The translations under genes and the position numbers were made by a program. DNA of 64,000 nucleotides, from assembly GCA_963677485.1 (NCBI GenBank), contig OY781964.1:4832001-4896000 (forward strand), read 5' to 3'. Below, piece after piece: positions 10,267-19,486 of the stretch. This stretch comes from Armatimonadota bacterium (GTDB lineage Bacteria; Armatimonadota; HRBIN16). The notes under the pieces were generated by a model, which was not told the origin of the DNA, searched no databases, and saw only the letters and a list, made by a program, of their open reading frames with translations. Position 1 is the first letter of the stretch, and each line of letters begins with the position of its first letter.

Positions 10267-10351
10267 TCGTAGGGGCGCCCCTTGTGGGCGCCCTAATCGT
10301 TGTTCATTCCATAGTTCTTGTTTAGGGCGCCCACAAGGGACGCCCCTACGA
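10267..10351. repeat. REP doublet (REPIN-like): 30-bp inverted repeat with a 25-nt spacer
   Basis: tcgtaggggcgccccttgtgggcgccctaa (10267-10296) and ttagggcgcccacaagggacgcccctacga (10322-10351) match 29/30; each arm has a GTAG start and an internal palindrome. Confidence 0.8.
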
Positions 10352-10437
10352 CGATGAGCTTTGGTAACTCATGTGCGGTCGTAAACGTTGATAACTGACG
10401 TCTTTTCCGTGCAAGTGTAGCAGCACTGTGCGCTTTT

Positions 10438-10466
10438 ATAGTGTCATAAATAAGGCCTTGCGTCAA
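10438..10466 (-). promoter_or_regulatory. Possible sigma70 promoter for the deacylase operon
   Basis: TTGACG-N17-CACTAT on the minus strand. Confidence 0.35.
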
Positions 10467-10510
10467 CACGATGTACGATGTCGTTATCACTAGATCATCA
10501 AACAGATCGC

Positions 10511-10551
10511 AAAAGAACACTCCCGATCCACACATACGGGATCGGGAGTTC
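10511..10551 (-). terminator. Rho-independent terminator of the Spy/CpxP-like gene
   Basis: 11-bp stem actcccgatcc/ggatcgggagt followed on the minus strand by gttctttt. Confidence 0.7.
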
Positions 10552-10609
10552 GCATTATCTGATGCTGGCTGCTGTGAAGCTAACGGTAGCAGCTTATGGA
10601 CAGTGGTAA

Positions 10610-11239
10610 CTAGAAGGCAGGCGGACCGTTGCCATCTGGAGGAGGTCCTTGGGGAGGGCCTTGCTGAGCTTGATCTTGATTTTGGTTGTTGTTTTGCTGT
10701 TGATTTTGATTCTGGTTTTGGTTGTTTTGGCCCGGCTTTCGATTCTGTTGGGCCATCATGACTTTCAGTGCAGCGATCTGGTCGACGTTCAATATAGACC
10801 GAATCTTGGTCCACACATCGATACTTGCGGTGATCACGGCTGTTTCAGCCTTCTGAGCCGGAGCCACCAGCTCTTTCACTTTAGCATCATCATAATCGGC
10901 GGCAAGTAGAGCTGCCTGAAGTGCCTGAGCCAGCTTTACGGATTTGGTGGATAGTGCCTTAATGGTCGTGTTTCCGGCTGTGATGACTACTTTCAACTGG
11001 GTGATTTGGGAAGTGGTCAGCTCCAGTTGGTCAGCAAGCCGGTCTACCATCACGGTCGTTGGTGGGGTGACCACAGTCATGACACTGACCTGCATCATTC
11101 CACCCTGTCCATTAGGCCCTCCCGGACCTCCCTGGCCACCTGATCCGCTGCCCTGGCCTCCGTTTCCCTGCTGCGCAAAGCAGCCTGTCGCAAAGAGGCC
11201 AAGCACTGCTGCGGTAACTGCGATTGTTGATGTCTTCAT
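10610..11239 (-). CDS. Secreted Spy/CpxP (LTXXQ)-like periplasmic protein with G/P-rich and Q/N-rich low-complexity ends
   Basis: Signal peptide; LELTTSQ and ILNVDQ motifs; QN-rich tail; GAGGAG RBS. Confidence 0.7.
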   Translation of the reverse strand: MKTSTIAVTAAVLGLFATGCFAQQGNGGQGSGSGGQGGPGGPNGQGGMMQVSVMTVVTPPTTVMVDRLADQLELTTSQITQLKVVITAGNTTIKALSTKSVKLAQALQAALLAADYDDAKVKELVAPAQKAETAVITASIDVWTKIRSILNVDQIAALKVMMAQQNRKPGQNNQNQNQNQQQNNNQNQDQAQQGPPQGPPPDGNGPPAF

Positions 11240-11442
11240 TTCGATCAACTCCTCGGTGTGATTGTATCTTGATCGCCTATCCCTTAAGGTTGGCTATCAT
11301 ATCATGAGACGGAGTTGAACGGCTTTAGTATGCCAGCCAAAATCACATAAGGGTCGCAGTATGATCCTATCTTGATCACATTGTCATAGATGATATTTAA
11401 GCATTAAATCAAGGGTTAAAAAGAGGGTGTCCGAGCAGTAGA

Positions 11443-11482
11443 AGCAGGCACATTGACCCATGAGGGAGCCTCTGTGCCTGCT
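11443..11482 (-). terminator. Stem-loop after the acs operon
   Basis: 10-bp inverted repeat agcaggcaca/tgtgcctgct just downstream of the last gene; weak U-tract. Confidence 0.45.
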
Positions 11483-11500
11483 GATGGTTAGTGTTACAGG

Positions 11501-12385
11501 TTAGCTTTTCGCGGCTGCGGCCATGGCGGCGATATGTGCCGGTGTGGTTCCGCAGCAACCACCGATGATATTGGCACCGGCGTCGATCAACTCCTTAACG
11601 CGGGCGGCCATGTCACTCGGTGTCTCTTTGAACACCGCTTTGCCGTTCTCAAGAACTGGCATACCGGCGTTGGCATGGATCAGGATCGGCGTGTTAGGAG
11701 CAGCCGCTCGCAACTGACGCGTGATCTCTATCATGTTAGCAATGCCGTTACCGCAGTTAGCCCCAACCACGTCAGCACCCGCTTCGATCGCTTCGGTGGC
11801 GGCACGCTCAGGGGTGATACCCATCATCGTGCGGAAACCGCGTGCTCCGGGTTCGAATGTGAAGGTGCAGATAATCGGCAACGTGGTATTGTCTTTGGCA
11901 GCCTTGATGGCTTGCACAGCCTCAGTGACAGATGACATGGTCTCAATGCACAGTGCATCGGCTCCGCCTTCAGCCAGTGCGATCACTTGAGCCTTAAAGG
12001 ACTCATACAGCTGCTCTTCGGTCACATCCCCGCCTTCGTCTTCCACGATCTGGCCGGTGGGACCAACAGAGGCTGCCACATAGCCTTTACCGTCAATGGC
12101 ATCTTTGGCGATGGTCACTGACGCTTTGTTGAACTCGTGGACGCTGTCCACCAGCCCAAACTCCTTCAGCTTGAATGAAGTTCCACCAAACGAGTCGGTC
12201 TCTACGATGTCCGAACCGGCATTGATGTATGCCTCAGCGATGCTCTTCACTTCGTTCGGATGGGAAACACACCAGGACTCCGGGCATTCACCTGGTTTCA
12301 AGCCCATGGCTTGAAGGAACGTGCCCATGGCACCATCGGAAATCAGGATTTCACCTTGAGCGAGACGCTCTAATAGACCCTTCAT
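11501..12385 (-). CDS. Stand-alone homocysteine S-methyltransferase (MetH Hcy-binding domain)
   Basis: SDGAMGT, AGSDIVET, SVGPTG, IETMS, GANCG, ANAGMP and IIGGCCGTTPAHI motifs (Zn ligands intact). Confidence 0.9.
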   Translation of the reverse strand: MKGLLERLAQGEILISDGAMGTFLQAMGLKPGECPESWCVSHPNEVKSIAEAYINAGSDIVETDSFGGTSFKLKEFGLVDSVHEFNKASVTIAKDAIDGKGYVAASVGPTGQIVEDEGGDVTEEQLYESFKAQVIALAEGGADALCIETMSSVTEAVQAIKAAKDNTTLPIICTFTFEPGARGFRTMMGITPERAATEAIEAGADVVGANCGNGIANMIEITRQLRAAAPNTPILIHANAGMPVLENGKAVFKETPSDMAARVKELIDAGANIIGGCCGTTPAHIAAMAAAAKS

Positions 12386-12416
12386 GAATTGTCCTCCATA
12401 TTAGTTGTCCGGAATA

Positions 12417-14342
12417 TCATCCGGTGACGGATTCCTGCTCTGATTTCGCTTGTGCCAACCTGTTGGCTACAGTCGGAAATTGAGCAAGGTCGGTGTGGGG
12501 CAAGAACATAGCCCCCAAATAGCTATCCATATAACGTGTGTCGCTGCTCAGATCGATATATGTCATACCGGCTGCGAGCTCTGATAGCTTCTGCCGGTGT
12601 TTACGAGAAAGCAATGCGATGTAGGCACCAGTCAGCGATGAGTTGCCGATATATTTGAACGTGTCGTAGGGAAGGTCAGGCAGCAACCCGATCAAAATCG
12701 CATCGTCGATCTCAATATACCGTCCAAATCCTCCCGCTATGTAGACGCAGGAAAGACTATCCCATCCGATACCCACGCTGGAGATCAACAAAGAGCACGC
12801 CGCATAGATGGCGGCCTTCGTGCGCAGCAGATTGGCGATATCCGGTTCAGTAATGACTAAATCCTGCCCATTGACCGTGTTGGTGCCAAACTCTATGATG
12901 TAACCAGCAATATCGGAATCCGTGCTCCAGCGTCCTGTCGACATCTCTGTGTTGAAGCGGCCAGCCTGGTCGATGACCCCACGCAGCAGCATCTCACCAA
13001 GCAGCGAGATGAGCCCCGATCCACAAATGCCGCTCGGTTTGCCACCGCCCACCACATCGTACTGAAGCTCCGAGCCGTCACTACCGATTGTTACATATTC
13101 GATGGCCCCTTCCATGGCCCGCATACCGCACTTGATGCCTGAGCCCTCAAATGCCGGACCCACGGAACAAGCGCAGGTGACCATCCAACTGGCGTTACCC
13201 AGCACGATTTCGCCATTAGTGCCGATGTCCAAGAACATGAATACATCTTCACTGTTGATGTAGATATCGGTGCAGAGAAGTCCCGATGTGATATCACCGC
13301 CCACATAACTCCCGACGCCCGGGGAGAATTCCACACCAGCCGCAGGATTGATTGATAAACCAACATCGTGTGCCGTGAGCGATGGTATCGAGTTCACAGT
13401 CGGAACGTAAGGTGTCTCCCGTATATGACGAGGCGGTAGAGCCAGCAACAGGTGCATCATCGTGGTATTCCCCGCAATGAAAGCCGCATTGATGCTATCA
13501 GTTGGGATGTTGACACTGGCGGCCATTTCCACAATGAGCGTACTGATCGTGTTGACGATCATATCGCGCAGTTCCGCCAGCCGTTCAGGGCTGCGGGCAT
13601 AGTCGATGCGGCTGATGATGTCGGCACCGCGGCTGATCTGCGCATTGTATGATGATCGGTTGGCCATCACAGTACCATCATGCAGGTTGACAAGTTGAAC
13701 CGCCACAGTGGTCGTACCTACATCAACCGCTAACCCGATGGATACGCCGGTTTGATGCCCGGGATGCACCTCCAAGACACGGCCCGTACCATTGAATTCC
13801 TGAACATCGACGGTAATACGTCCATCATCGCAGCGAAGAGTCTCGGCTAATTTCTGTAGTACACCGGCTCCTGTGGTCAGTGAGACCGAGCCATATGCAC
13901 TCGTCCATTCCCTGACCACCCTTTGCCAGTCAGAATAATGCTCTTCGATAGATGCAGGAGGCACAATGATTGTCTGCGAGCTATATAACGGCGTCAACGC
14001 ATTGGGGTCAGGCAAATAGTCGTCATTGACCAGAAAGTGACTATCGCCCACCACCTGCATTGCCGTTTGGCGCTTTTGAAGAAGCTTAACCGTTAAGTCA
14101 CCCACCACTTTTGTGCGGCAGGCGAGTACCAGCTTTTTATCAGTCTGAACTGAGCCTGCTGTGATGTCATCAGAACCGACGTTTCCTTGGATCACTTCCA
14201 CCAGACAGCGTCCGCAGGTGCCCTTACCTCCGCATGGAAGGTGCAGCTCCTCGATACCGCCTTTGATAGCGGCATCATGGATCAGCGATCCTGGCGCCAC
14301 TTCCACTACAACATCAGACGGCAAGAAACGGACACTTGGCAT
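12417..14342 (-). CDS. acsV: ASKHA-family reductive activator of corrinoid proteins (RACo/AcsV) with N-terminal 2Fe-2S domain
   Basis: CGGKGTCGRC and LAC 2Fe-2S motifs; AVDVGTTT, GADIISRI, FLDIGTNGE, GPAFEG, GICGSG and IAGGFG. Confidence 0.9.
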   Translation of the reverse strand: MPSVRFLPSDVVVEVAPGSLIHDAAIKGGIEELHLPCGGKGTCGRCLVEVIQGNVGSDDITAGSVQTDKKLVLACRTKVVGDLTVKLLQKRQTAMQVVGDSHFLVNDDYLPDPNALTPLYSSQTIIVPPASIEEHYSDWQRVVREWTSAYGSVSLTTGAGVLQKLAETLRCDDGRITVDVQEFNGTGRVLEVHPGHQTGVSIGLAVDVGTTTVAVQLVNLHDGTVMANRSSYNAQISRGADIISRIDYARSPERLAELRDMIVNTISTLIVEMAASVNIPTDSINAAFIAGNTTMMHLLLALPPRHIRETPYVPTVNSIPSLTAHDVGLSINPAAGVEFSPGVGSYVGGDITSGLLCTDIYINSEDVFMFLDIGTNGEIVLGNASWMVTCACSVGPAFEGSGIKCGMRAMEGAIEYVTIGSDGSELQYDVVGGGKPSGICGSGLISLLGEMLLRGVIDQAGRFNTEMSTGRWSTDSDIAGYIIEFGTNTVNGQDLVITEPDIANLLRTKAAIYAACSLLISSVGIGWDSLSCVYIAGGFGRYIEIDDAILIGLLPDLPYDTFKYIGNSSLTGAYIALLSRKHRQKLSELAAGMTYIDLSSDTRYMDSYLGAMFLPHTDLAQFPTVANRLAQAKSEQESVTG

Positions 14343-14449
14343 TTATACGACCTTCCAGAAATCATATTGCGTTACTTCAGATTATAACCAATCGGTATCT
14401 GAGCCCAATGTGGCACTCAGATACCGATTGATGGCAGGTAGTTGTCGGC

Positions 14450-15793
14450 TTACCCCGTCGCGAAGACCTTCATGAACGAGCCGATGTCAGACGCCTCTTG
14501 TGGGCCAACGACCACTTCCCAGCCCGGCAGGCAGTCTTCGAGCTCACCACTGATCTGTGATACATAGCCAGGAATGACCAGCTTCCTGGTTTTGACTTGG
14601 TCAGCCAACCCAGATGACTTAATGAAGGTGGCGATCTTTTCGCCAGAGAACTTCCCAGCCGCCCAAGCGGTGAGCACGCTCATACCTTCGCACTCTACGA
14701 CCGCCAGATGGGCCGGCACTCCCGAGTTCTCTATCTCTCCTGAGACCATGAAGTAGGTCAGGGAGAAGTTCGTGGTGACCATCACAGGCGAGTTTTCGTC
14801 GGCTTCACCGATTGGATACACTTTGGGTTCCACTTGAATCGGCTTCTGCGGGTCTGTGAAGATGTTCTGGCGAAGCATCATCAATGGCAGTAGTGCTTCA
14901 TAGGCCATCGTATCGATCACCATGATCGAAGCATACTTACACATCAATGTAGACGCATCCGCAACCATTGATGGGATATCCTGACCCGTGATGAAGTTCA
15001 GAATTGGGAACCCCAACGGTTCGAACGGCACTTTCAATGCAGCCTTTCGGATGATGGTGTTGTTCTGCATTATAGCGGCCGGATTGCTTCCAGGGATGTC
15101 CAAGACGATATCCAGCACACCCAATGCCAGCAGCTTCTTGGTCAAACCGGCCAGTTCATCAAGATTGGCAGCTTTGGCCACGACAGGAGCTTTGTATTTC
15201 AACGCAAGTGCCGCCACTGCGTCTACATTCTCCATGGTGGCCGCGTGAATCAATGGCCGCTGGCCTTCGATCGCAGCAAGAGCTGCCTCCAGGGCAGCCA
15301 CATTGTCACTGCGTAGAATGACACCGCAGCCAGTACCGCCAGATACCGCCTTCACGGCAGCCACGAATGGCTCTACCGCACCCGTCACGTTGTCCACAAG
15401 AGCGAGGTCAAGCCGAAGTTGCTCACCTACCCTCTCTAGGCAGTATTCGCGCACTTCCGCTGTCTTATGAGCCAGATCGGAACCCGACTGGTCATCCGAG
15501 AACGAGATGCAGATGGCGGTCGGATGCACGAATGTCTTTTCATGCCGGAACATCACCGTTTCGTTGCCTACGGCCGTTTCACGCTCCGCAGGGCCGATTT
15601 TCACCAGCCGGATGGGCGGCTTACTGGCCGCCCCGATCTTGGTAATCGCCTCTTCAGATGCATACGGGCAGGCTGCCAGCTCCGCATTTTTTGAAGCCAG
15701 CTTCATAGCGAAGGCCATGCAGGTAGGTACGCCGCACTCACCGCAGTTGGTCTTCGGTAGAAGCTTAAAGATATCCAGTCCAGATAATGCCAT
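14450..15793 (-). CDS. acsC: Corrinoid iron-sulfur protein large subunit
   Basis: LPKTNCGECGVPTCMAFA...CP, FRHEKTF, NIFTDPQKP, TTNFSLTY and SVLTAWAAGKF motifs. Confidence 0.95.
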   Translation of the reverse strand: MALSGLDIFKLLPKTNCGECGVPTCMAFAMKLASKNAELAACPYASEEAITKIGAASKPPIRLVKIGPAERETAVGNETVMFRHEKTFVHPTAICISFSDDQSGSDLAHKTAEVREYCLERVGEQLRLDLALVDNVTGAVEPFVAAVKAVSGGTGCGVILRSDNVAALEAALAAIEGQRPLIHAATMENVDAVAALALKYKAPVVAKAANLDELAGLTKKLLALGVLDIVLDIPGSNPAAIMQNNTIIRKAALKVPFEPLGFPILNFITGQDIPSMVADASTLMCKYASIMVIDTMAYEALLPLMMLRQNIFTDPQKPIQVEPKVYPIGEADENSPVMVTTNFSLTYFMVSGEIENSGVPAHLAVVECEGMSVLTAWAAGKFSGEKIATFIKSSGLADQVKTRKLVIPGYVSQISGELEDCLPGWEVVVGPQEASDIGSFMKVFATG

Positions 15794-15805
15794 GATTTAG
15801 CTCCT

Positions 15806-18800
15806 TTAGCCCGCGACCCGGGTCATCTCAGCGATCTTGCGTCCAACAGTCTGTGCGGCTGATGGATGATACATGACCAGCATGTCAGCACCAGCATTCA
15901 ACAGGCTCATTGCGGTGGCTATCTCCAGTAATGCACCACGGTCTTGTTCTGGCCCCCATAGAGGGAACGAACTCATAGGTGCTTTGCTTTCCTTAGTTTT
16001 CGCCACTTCGTAGCCTGGTGTCGCCAGAATGGGCATGGCCAGCATGGTGTCGCCTGTGAAGGCCGAAGCGCGGATACGCTCCATGACAGAGTAGGTGTAT
16101 TCCAACCCATATCCAAGCGCACCTGTCAGAGAGTCGATGACGATCTTCTCAGGGGCGAGTCCCATGTTGGTGCAGAGAATGTTGAGCTGCTTGGCCATAT
16201 TGACATCAATCGGTGTCTGAGTGACCACACAATGATCATAGGCCATTGCCGCTGCGGCGATGGTCTTGTAGTTGTCCGTCTCCACCCAGTTCAGCAACAG
16301 GTTTTCGCCCGCATACTTGCTGGCGACTTCTTTCATCACTGCGTTGCACTTTTCGTAGTGGCTTGGGCCGGTCACGATGATCGGCACACCCACTGCCTTC
16401 AGAATACTGCCCACGAACTCAGCGCAAGCTTCAGGAGCCTTGTCACCGTGATCGGGATGGGCGGCATCTAAACGCACACTGATGACCGCAGCGCCCAGCT
16501 TGTCAACACAGTGTTTGGCCATAGCTGCCGGGTCGTCCAACAGTGCTCCGTAGGCGGTGCGCAGACTCTCAGGATAGTTCTTGGGTAGTTTATCAAACAC
16601 TTCCATCGCGATGACGGGTGTCTGACCGATGCTTCCTTCAAAATGTCGGAAGGGCAGCACCGATGCGCCACCAAGAACCACTGAAGAGGTTCGTTTGCCA
16701 CTTCCACCCAAAGTCACCAAGCGGACAGAGACTGATGAACTCTCCGGAGGTATGGAGAAGGTCGTAGGAACCAGGATTGAGGCCGATTCGACTACCCGCG
16801 GTGCGGTCTCCACCTTGACTGGCTCTGCAATAACCTCAACGGCTGGAGCTGCAGGGGCAGTAACTGGAGCCGCAACACTGACCGCCTGCGCGGGGGCAGG
16901 CATGGGGCCGAAAGCTCCGCTGTACATCAGCAGCATGTTGGCACCGGCGGTCAGCAGGTTCAATGCGGTCGATGCCTGTAAGGCCGCCATCTGTTGTTCC
17001 ATGGTTGATTCGGCAGTGGCTACGGGCATGCCCTGCGCTCGCATCTTGTCCAGCACCTGCATCACATAACCAAGACCATCATTCGGCATGGCTGTGACGG
17101 CTGGTGCGGTCGGAGCACTGGCTGCGACAACAGCGACAGGGGCGACAACCTCAGCGACAGGAACCGGAGCTGGTGCCGCTTCTGCAGGCTTCGCATCGAC
17201 TACCGGAGAAGCTTCCACCTTTGGAGCAGGTGCTGCAGCCGGAGCTGGCGTCTCCACGATAAGACCTCGAGCCGCATCGGCTTCTGCCGCCTCAGGCGAA
17301 GCTTGCGTGATGTCCCACATGGTCAGTGCAGGGTGTCCAACCTTCTCCATGTAAGCGGAAATCGCCGCGGTATCCGTGCCCGCGGCGGTCTCATCAGCGA
17401 TCATATCAATGTAGTTTTCGATACCGATTTGCTCACCGATGTGGTTTAGTTCTTCGCGGAGTGTCTCTTTGAGCTCCTTGGGCATCCATACGATACGCTT
17501 ATGACCACCTTCAGAATAGATGAACTTCCGGCTGGAGATATAAGCCTTGCCAACCCCGATGAAACCAGGGGTCTGCTGGCCACCGCCGGTCACACCGGCG
17601 AGCGTAGAGAACTTCATGCCCATCGGTGTTTCGCCAGGATACTCGCGGTTGACAATCGCCACACCGTTGCATTCAGGCAGCATAGCCACGATGGCTTCGA
17701 AACAACCGCAACTGGTCATGGGGTCCTTCAGCATTGAATATGCGTTGAAGGAGCTGATGGTCTGCTTGGAGTTCACATAAACATAGTCGTTGATGTTCTT
17801 CCACTGACCGCGGATGGGGTCGATACACTCACCCTTGACGAGTGGCTGGTTGGGTCCAGTGGGGTCAATTTCAAAGGCGGCCTTGCCATCTAGCCAGTTA
17901 TAGGCACCACATAGGCCCAGTCGTTCGGGAGTGATCACACACACGTGGTTAGGCGCGAAGCTCTGGCAGAGCAGGCACGAGTAGAAGGTATCTACACTCT
18001 CGTCGGTCAGCGATTCGACGCGCAGGTTACGCTCGCGATAGACGCGGCGTGCTTCAGCCAGGCGAGGCTCTACATCATCTTTGCCGGTATACAGGGTGAC
18101 TTGCACCTTGTCGACAATGGCTGGATACTCGCTGAGCAGTTTGGCCCGTACGATTTCGCCCAGGTGCTTGATTTTGAAGCCCTTGGCCTGAGCTCCCTTG
18201 CTGATGCGTACCCAGATGATATCACGCTGGCCCATATGCCAGATGCCTTCGCCGCCGTTGATCAGGTGGTGGATTTGGCGCTCCAAAATCGGCTCAAAGT
18301 CCGACTGCATCTTGCGGCCGGCAACCTCGACCCAGATAGCCAGGGGAAGGGCTGTGCCCTCTGCGACATCGTCTATCTCAGGTCCGACTACGACTATCTT
18401 GCCGTCTTCGACCTCAGATATTTCGCGTGTGGCAACATACTCAAAGGCATGGGTCTTGTTACCGCCGAATTCCACATAGGTTTGCTCTTTGCGGATTCGT
18501 TCGCCTTCAAATGCCGGGCCATATGAAACAGGGATCGGCACTTTGGTGATTTTGATCTTGCAGCCACGGACCTCAAGGGCCTTCTCGACAATCTTGTCTA
18601 GAGGCACATTGGAGACCACGTGCTCATAAGTGCAGATACCCGTGGGCAGGATTTCCGGAATGTCCGTGTCCGCGATGGTTGGGAAGCCGTAGGAGATGGC
18701 CCCCGCAGCCGCTGCATACTTCCCTTCGTCTACCTCGCCAAGTGCGATGACAAATGCGAAAATACGGTTCTTGTTGTATTTCAAGTTTCGCTCGTAGTCA

Positions 18801-19486
18801 CCTGGCTTCACTCCACCAAAAGACAGAGCGGCTCTGTTCGCGAAGCCTAATGCATAGATGGCGGCTGAGATGTCTCTGCCGAACGGAACCAGTCGAGTAT
18901 CCCAGCCCAGCTCTACACCAGCCTCTTCAAGCTGCTCAGAGAAGGTGACACCGTTGGTCTCACCGGCCATGAACACATACAGGTTCTTCTCCTGCAGTTC
19001 ACGGGCGATTTTGACAGCCGTCTCCTTGTCAGGAGCGGCACCCACCACGGCGGCGAAACCTGGTGCAGAGCCGTCCACAAACTCTATACCGCGCTCGCGG
19101 ATGATCACATCACCCGCAGCGCCCAGCCAGATACCATCCACAGGATTGGGCCCGTCCAGATACTTGCAGGCCTCGATCAGCTCAAAAGCGAACAGTGTGG
19201 CCATGCCTCCGTCGAGTGTGGCACCCAGATAAGGCAGCCAGACGTGCTCACCGGGGATGGGCATCAACAGGCTGCGGCATTCATCCAGCACTTCCTGCAT
19301 GTCGCCCAGTTTTTCTACACGAATACCCAAAAGTGAGTTAATCACAGGCAAGGCGTAGGTCGTATCTGGAAAACCGACCTCGCAGTCCACACCGTGAAGT
19401 TCGATGGCCTTAGCCACCATGGCCTCGGTATCCGCGACGATCTTGTGAGCTCCCTTGATCGCAGATGAGGCGATTATCTTACTCAT
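15806..19486 (-). CDS. acsB: Acetyl-CoA synthase (AcsB) fused via an Ala/Pro-rich linker to the CoFeSP small subunit (AcsD)
   Basis: A-cluster ligands CLLCQSFAPNHVC...LCGAY and TSCGCFE; the AcsB part ends at HPALTM (~17320); the AcsD part has PIDVNMAKQLN, LGYGLEYTYSVMERIR and AGADMLVMYHP; one uninterrupted 1226-aa ORF. Confidence 0.93.
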   Translation of the reverse strand: MSKIIASSAIKGAHKIVADTEAMVAKAIELHGVDCEVGFPDTTYALPVINSLLGIRVEKLGDMQEVLDECRSLLMPIPGEHVWLPYLGATLDGGMATLFAFELIEACKYLDGPNPVDGIWLGAAGDVIIRERGIEFVDGSAPGFAAVVGAAPDKETAVKIARELQEKNLYVFMAGETNGVTFSEQLEEAGVELGWDTRLVPFGRDISAAIYALGFANRAALSFGGVKPGDYERNLKYNKNRIFAFVIALGEVDEGKYAAAAGAISYGFPTIADTDIPEILPTGICTYEHVVSNVPLDKIVEKALEVRGCKIKITKVPIPVSYGPAFEGERIRKEQTYVEFGGNKTHAFEYVATREISEVEDGKIVVVGPEIDDVAEGTALPLAIWVEVAGRKMQSDFEPILERQIHHLINGGEGIWHMGQRDIIWVRISKGAQAKGFKIKHLGEIVRAKLLSEYPAIVDKVQVTLYTGKDDVEPRLAEARRVYRERNLRVESLTDESVDTFYSCLLCQSFAPNHVCVITPERLGLCGAYNWLDGKAAFEIDPTGPNQPLVKGECIDPIRGQWKNINDYVYVNSKQTISSFNAYSMLKDPMTSCGCFEAIVAMLPECNGVAIVNREYPGETPMGMKFSTLAGVTGGGQQTPGFIGVGKAYISSRKFIYSEGGHKRIVWMPKELKETLREELNHIGEQIGIENYIDMIADETAAGTDTAAISAYMEKVGHPALTMWDITQASPEAAEADAARGLIVETPAPAAAPAPKVEASPVVDAKPAEAAPAPVPVAEVVAPVAVVAASAPTAPAVTAMPNDGLGYVMQVLDKMRAQGMPVATAESTMEQQMAALQASTALNLLTAGANMLLMYSGAFGPMPAPAQAVSVAAPVTAPAAPAVEVIAEPVKVETAPRVVESASILVPTTFSIPPESSSVSVRLVTLGGSGKRTSSVVLGGASVLPFRHFEGSIGQTPVIAMEVFDKLPKNYPESLRTAYGALLDDPAAMAKHCVDKLGAAVISVRLDAAHPDHGDKAPEACAEFVGSILKAVGVPIIVTGPSHYEKCNAVMKEVASKYAGENLLLNWVETDNYKTIAAAAMAYDHCVVTQTPIDVNMAKQLNILCTNMGLAPEKIVIDSLTGALGYGLEYTYSVMERIRASAFTGDTMLAMPILATPGYEVAKTKESKAPMSSFPLWGPEQDRGALLEIATAMSLLNAGADMLVMYHPSAAQTVGRKIAEMTRVAG

